From: Planctomycetota bacterium
GTDB lineage: Bacteria > Planctomycetota > UBA1135 > UBA2386
Reading direction: 5' to 3'
NCBI GenBank assembly: GCA_965228735.1
Contig: OZ245838.1
Span: forward strand, 2,816,001 to 2,880,000
DNA: 64,000 nt
Shown: one piece after another, positions 59,377 to 64,000 of the stretch
How positions within the stretch are numbered: position 1 is the stretch's first letter
Layout: every line of letters starts with the position of its first letter
The notes under the pieces: model-generated
Told to the model about the DNA's origin: nothing
Seen by the model: only the letters and a program-made list of their open reading frames with translations
The model's database searches: none
Position numbers and translations under genes: made by a program

Positions 59377-61272
59377 ATGCTCCTCGCCCCCACCCGTTCC
59401 CTGCAACGCGCCCTGCGCATTCTGGCCACCGCGGCGACCGTGACCGCGCTCGCCGCGCCCGGCGTGGCGCAGCAGCCCGCGGCATGGGCGACGAAGGCGA
59501 TCCCGGGGGGCGTCGATCCGACGCGGATCGACGGGCGCGGCAAGCTCACGACCTACGACGCGGGCACCGAGCTGCACGTGTTCTCGGCCGTCCACCGGCG
59601 CTGGCAATCGCTGCCGAAGTCGCCCGGTGCGCCGCTCCGCATCATGAACGACTGCCTGCTCGTGATGGACGGCACCACGTGGACGGCGTTCTCGAGTTAT
59701 GCGGGCCGCTTCGAGCCGCTGACCGTCGGTGCCAGCGCGCAGCTCGTGAACCCCGGCTCGCAGAAGAACGACTCGATCCTGCTCGTCGACGACGGCGCTG
59801 CCGCGCACGCGTTCAGCTGCTTCACCGGGACCTGGACGACGCGCGCCCTGCCGCCGACTACGGGTTTGTCCGTAGAGCGCCACGTCGCGCTGCTCGCGGA
59901 CGGCGCCAACGTCAGCGCGTTCGACGGGTTCACCGGCACGTTCCACGACCACACGCTGCCGCAGCCGGCAACCGCCCTCGACTGCGGCGGCACGGCCGGG
60001 CTCGCGCTCGCGGCCGGCACCGTGCACGCGTTCTCGGCCCACCACCGGACATGGACGAGCCACGCGCGGCCGAACGGCACGCTGCTCGCGCGCGGCGACG
60101 ACTGGGCGCTGTTCTACGACAGCAACCAGATGGTCGGGTACAGCGCGCTCGAGGGGCGCTTCGCGACGTTCCCGGTCGGCGCGACGAACGTGCTCCTCCA
60201 GCGCGACCTGTTCGGCATCGTCGATACCACGGTCGGCCCGATCGCGTTCTCGGCAGCGCGCACGGCCTTCACCCCGGGCGTCGGCCCGAGCACCGCGACG
60301 ATCCGCGCGGGCAACGCGACGGCGATCCTCAGCGATGCGGGGCAGGTCACGGCCTACAGCGCGGTGACCGCCACGGCCGCGACGCTGGCGGCGGCCTCGA
60401 CCGCCGAAGGCGTCGGTGACTGCATCGCGTTCGCCGTCGACACCGCGACGGGATCGCCGTGGTGTTTCTCGGGGCTCACGGGCACGTGGCACCAGGCACC
60501 GGTCGACACCGTGCCCGGCCCGCCGCAGGCGACGGCGACGTCGATCCTGCTCGCGGCGACGAACGGCGCCTACGCGTTCACGGCCAGGAGCGCGACCTTC
60601 GTGCCGCTGGCCCGACCGGGGCTCGCGCTCATCGGCAACGACCAGAGCTCGGTCGCCGCCGCGTGGGACGCGACGCACCTGCACGCGTTCGACGCTCGTG
60701 CCGGGCTCTGGCGCAGCACGCCGCGCACCGGCACGACCGCTCCCCTGGTGCAGATCTGGCGCACGGCGATGTTCCTGCTCGACGGCTCGACCCTGCACGG
60801 CTTCGGGAGTCAGGACGGCACGTGGAGCGCGCTGCCCCTGACGCAGAACTACCAGTTCGGCCGCGCCAACTCGGAGAGCAGCCGCGTCGCCACGGCCAAC
60901 GCGCTGCACGCGCACGCGGCCGTCCCGATGACGATGGCGCACGCGCAGTTCCCCGAGTTTCGCAGGCCGCAACCGACCGGCACGAGTGCGCGATTCTCGG
61001 TCGCGCTGCCGGGCGGCGGCGTCGCGGTGTTCGCCGGCGGCATCTTCGCCGGCAGCACGACGACGATTCCGGGTCTCGGCGCGCTCCACCTGCAGAGCCC
61101 GCTCGCGACCGTGCTCGGCACGGCGTCGGCACCGACGGAACGCGCGACGTTCGAGTTCCCCGTCCCGAACGTCCCGACGCTCACGGGCACGCAGCTCGGT
61201 TTCCAATCGCTCGCCCTGCCGACGCAGGGCCCCACCTACCTCACCGACGCGACCGGCCTCTACGTGCTCTGA
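59377..61272 (+). CDS. Secreted repeat (propeller-like) protein with conserved C-terminal module
   Basis: Repeated HAFSxxxGxW units and a signal peptide. Confidence 0.7.
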   Translation: MLLAPTRSLQRALRILATAATVTALAAPGVAQQPAAWATKAIPGGVDPTRIDGRGKLTTYDAGTELHVFSAVHRRWQSLPKSPGAPLRIMNDCLLVMDGTTWTAFSSYAGRFEPLTVGASAQLVNPGSQKNDSILLVDDGAAAHAFSCFTGTWTTRALPPTTGLSVERHVALLADGANVSAFDGFTGTFHDHTLPQPATALDCGGTAGLALAAGTVHAFSAHHRTWTSHARPNGTLLARGDDWALFYDSNQMVGYSALEGRFATFPVGATNVLLQRDLFGIVDTTVGPIAFSAARTAFTPGVGPSTATIRAGNATAILSDAGQVTAYSAVTATAATLAAASTAEGVGDCIAFAVDTATGSPWCFSGLTGTWHQAPVDTVPGPPQATATSILLAATNGAYAFTARSATFVPLARPGLALIGNDQSSVAAAWDATHLHAFDARAGLWRSTPRTGTTAPLVQIWRTAMFLLDGSTLHGFGSQDGTWSALPLTQNYQFGRANSESSRVATANALHAHAAVPMTMAHAQFPEFRRPQPTGTSARFSVALPGGGVAVFAGGIFAGSTTTIPGLGALHLQSPLATVLGTASAPTERATFEFPVPNVPTLTGTQLGFQSLALPTQGPTYLTDATGLYVL

Positions 61273-61290
61273 TTCGCGCCGGTCCGTTGA

Positions 61291-61836
61291 TCAACAGTCG
61301 GCGTCGATCGCCGCGATCACGTCCGCTGGGGTCGCGGCGACCGTGTAGATGCCGCGGTAGTGCTCCTGGATGAAGCCGCCCTGGAAGCCGTGCTCGATCG
61401 CCGCGAGCAGCGGTTGCCAGTAGCCGAGCGTGTCGAGCAACACCACCGGCCGGTCGTGGAAACCGAGCTGCTTGAACGACAGCGTCTCCGCGACCTCGTC
61501 GATCGTGCCGAGGCCGCCGGGCAGCGCGACGAACGCGTCGCCGCGCTCCGCGAGGCCGCGCTTGCGCAGCCGCATGTCGGTCACGGCCTCGACCTCGTTC
61601 GCCCGTTCGCAGTGGACGTTCTTGTCGATGAATTCCTGCAGGATCACGCTGATCGTGCGCCCGCCGGCATCGCGCGCGCCGTCGGCCACGGCGCCCATGA
61701 GGCCGTAACGGCCACCGCCCCAGACGAGGTCCCAGCCGCGTTCGGCGATGCGGCGGCCGAGTTCGCGCGCGGGCTCCTTGAAGGCCGGGTCGATCCGTTC
61801 ACTCGACGACGCGAAGACGGTGATGCGTTTGCTCAT
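61291..61836 (-). CDS. LOG family protein (TIGR00730)
   Basis: GGGRYGLMG, MRLRK and PGGLGTIDE. Confidence 0.9.
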   Translation of the reverse strand: MSKRITVFASSSERIDPAFKEPARELGRRIAERGWDLVWGGGRYGLMGAVADGARDAGGRTISVILQEFIDKNVHCERANEVEAVTDMRLRKRGLAERGDAFVALPGGLGTIDEVAETLSFKQLGFHDRPVVLLDTLGYWQPLLAAIEHGFQGGFIQEHYRGIYTVAATPADVIAAIDADC

Positions 61837-62390
61837 TCCTGCTCCAGGCGGTTGCCGCGGGCAAGCCAGCGGTCGAGGAGCATGAGCCCGGCGAGCGACT
61901 GCCCATCGCCGCACTCCTGCTCGACGAGGCGGGCGCGCGCCTCATCGAACGGCAGGCGGTGCACCTCGATGTGCTCGCTCGGCTCGAGCTCCTGCCCCAC
62001 GAACTCGAGGTCGCGGGCGAGGAAGAAGTGACAGCGCTCGGTCGAGGCCCCCTTGTACGGCGCGAAGAACCCGAGCTCGTCCCAGCGCGTCGCGACGACG
62101 CCGGCCTCCTCGCGCAGTTCGGCCTCGGCGACGGCGCGCGGCGAATCGCCGGGCTGCATGCCACCGATCGGGAACTCGAAGAGCCGCTGCCCGAGCAGGT
62201 AGCGTTCGACCTCGAGCAGCAGCGTCGTGCCGTCAGGGAAGTGCGGGACGATCCCGCAGCTGCCGGCCATGTCGATGTAGAAGTACTCGCCCTCCGAACC
62301 GTCGCGCTGCACGTAGCGGTCGCGGCAATAGCGGTGCCAGCGGTTGTCGACGAGGACCTCGCGATCGATGCGGGAGAACGGCCGACCCAT
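61833..62390 (-). CDS. NUDIX hydrolase
   Basis: FPIGG...AEAELREEAG. Confidence 0.9.
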   Translation of the reverse strand: MGRPFSRIDREVLVDNRWHRYCRDRYVQRDGSEGEYFYIDMAGSCGIVPHFPDGTTLLLEVERYLLGQRLFEFPIGGMQPGDSPRAVAEAELREEAGVVATRWDELGFFAPYKGASTERCHFFLARDLEFVGQELEPSEHIEVHRLPFDEARARLVEQECGDGQSLAGLMLLDRWLARGNRLEQE

Positions 62391-64000
62391 CAGCGCGAGA
62401 TCCAGAAGAAGAACTGCCGGCGGTTGTCGCTCTCCTCGTAGAACCACGGCCACGCGAGGTCGAGCGCGATCGGCACCTCGAGGTACGGGATCTCGATGCG
62501 CAGGCCGACGCCGCTGCTCAGGCGCAGCTCACCGAACGACGGGTCGTCGATCCTGGTGCCGAGGAGCCCGAGGTCGGAGAACACCGCGAAGCGCAGCAAC
62601 TCGCGGTCGCGCACCTCGTTCTCGAGGCGCGTCGCGACGAGCGGGAACGTGAGCTCCAGCGTCGCGTTGTAGGTCGCCTCGCCGCCGAGCGGCCGACCGA
62701 ACTGGCTCGGGCCCGCGTCGCGGTAGTCGAAGCCGCGGAGGTTGCGGCCGCCGAGATAGAACCGCTCCGTGAGGAAGACGTCGTCGCTCTTGCCGAACGC
62801 GTGGGCCACGCCGAAGAAGTGGTCGAACCGCAGCACCGTGCGGTGGTCCATCTCGTTCTCGGTGAGCCACGTGTAGGCCTCGGCCGTGTGCACGAACTTG
62901 TAGAGGTTCGCGCCGCCGCCGAGGAAGCCGCCGACGACCTCCGCCGACACCGACAGGTCGAGCCCCTCGGTCGGCCGCCGCAGGTTGTCGAGGTCGCGGT
63001 AGCGCGCGCTGAGCCGCAGCCCGCGCAGCTCGGTGTGGCCCTCGGCGTCGTAGGCGAACACCGTCGCGTCGCCCGCGAGGTCCTCGATCTCCACCGTGTC
63101 GTGGCGCGCGGCGATGCCGATGTTGAAGTGGTCGGTGAGATTGCGCCCGATGCCGACCTCGCCGCCGAGCGTGTCCGACGTGTAGCCGTCGGGCTCGCGG
63201 CGGATGAGGCGCAGGCCGGCGACGCGCAGGTCCCACGTGTCGTAGTGATCGCCGAAGAGGTCGGGCTCGAGCCACGACACCCGGAACTGGCTGTAGCGAC
63301 TGCCGGGCGCGAGCAGCACACCGAGCTGCTGGCCGCCACCGTGGAACGCGCGGTTGTCGAGCATCTCCTCGAGCATCGTCGCGGGGTTCCACGAGCTCGG
63401 CGGGTTCCACAGGTCGAAGTTGCGCTTGTTGTAGCTGATCGACGCCTGCGCACCCTGCCCCGTGCTGATGCCGACGCCCCAGCGCAGCTCACCCGTGCGG
63501 CCCTCCTGCACCTCGATCGCGAGATCGAGCAGGTCCTCCTCGCCGGCGACGGGTTCGAACTGCACGATCGGCCCGCGCAGCGCCGCCTGGTCGGTGAAGA
63601 AGCGCGTCTGCTCGAGGAAACGCAGCGAGCGCCGCACCTCGCGCATGTCGACGCGTTCACCGGGCCGCGCGCGCACCCGGCGGCGGATGACGGCGTCGCG
63701 GGTGTACTGGTTGCCGCGAATGACGACGTCGCGCAGCGTCTTCGGCCCACCTTCGTAGACCTGGAACGTGACGTCGACCTCGGCGCCCTCCTCGGGGTAG
63801 TTCTCCTGCGGCGGCCAGAAGACGCGGCACGCCGTCGGGTCGTTCCCCATCCCGCGGAACGTGGCCGGCGGATGACCGCGCTCGCCGTAGAAGTCCTGGA
63901 TGTCGAGCCAGTCGCGTTGCAGGCGCGCGTGGTCGTAGAACTCGCCGGGCTCGACCTCGAGGATGGCGCGGATCTCCGCGGGCGAGTAGAGCGGCGAGCT
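62390..64000 (-). CDS. bamA: BamA/Omp85 outer membrane protein (5' partial)
   Basis: POTRA motif IRGNQYTRDAVIRR, ERFYLGG-LRGF and a C-terminal QFFFW. Confidence 0.8.
   Translation of the reverse strand, partial: SSPLYSPAEIRAILEVEPGEFYDHARLQRDWLDIQDFYGERGHPPATFRGMGNDPTACRVFWPPQENYPEEGAEVDVTFQVYEGGPKTLRDVVIRGNQYTRDAVIRRRVRARPGERVDMREVRRSLRFLEQTRFFTDQAALRGPIVQFEPVAGEEDLLDLAIEVQEGRTGELRWGVGISTGQGAQASISYNKRNFDLWNPPSSWNPATMLEEMLDNRAFHGGGQQLGVLLAPGSRYSQFRVSWLEPDLFGDHYDTWDLRVAGLRLIRREPDGYTSDTLGGEVGIGRNLTDHFNIGIAARHDTVEIEDLAGDATVFAYDAEGHTELRGLRLSARYRDLDNLRRPTEGLDLSVSAEVVGGFLGGGANLYKFVHTAEAYTWLTENEMDHRTVLRFDHFFGVAHAFGKSDDVFLTERFYLGGRNLRGFDYRDAGPSQFGRPLGGEATYNATLELTFPLVATRLENEVRDRELLRFAVFSDLGLLGTRIDDPSFGELRLSSGVGLRIEIPYLEVPIALDLAWPWFYEESDNRRQFFFWISR

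Overview
High-GC bacterial chromosome segment. The gene repertoire suggests an uncultured Planctomycetota lineage (inference only). The backbone carries an RND pump, a MoxR/DUF58/vWA/ABC operon, two ECF sigma systems, an orphan short flagellin, sthA/elbB/SDR, LOG, NUDIX and a partial BamA. It also carries many secreted proteins, six of which end in a shared, unnamed ~100-130 aa C-terminal module that may be a sorting or anchoring domain. The accessory hotspot is an ~8.4 kb decayed integrative element (9148-17571) at tRNA-Sec. Unusually, it duplicates the 5' half of the tRNA, with the crossover exactly at the 7-nt anticodon loop. It holds a frameshifted tyrosine integrase, two IS256 elements, a hidden second integrase remnant, a PadR module and a lower-GC four-gene cassette. 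That cassette encodes two small paralogous 'FPRGGD' beta proteins, a ~39-Cys protein with a (GC/GGC)n N-terminus and a membrane-anchored monoheme cytochrome c. A decayed end of a related element lies just outside the right junction. The cassette is my best candidate for an undescribed system. All calls come from reading the sequence by eye; no searches were run.
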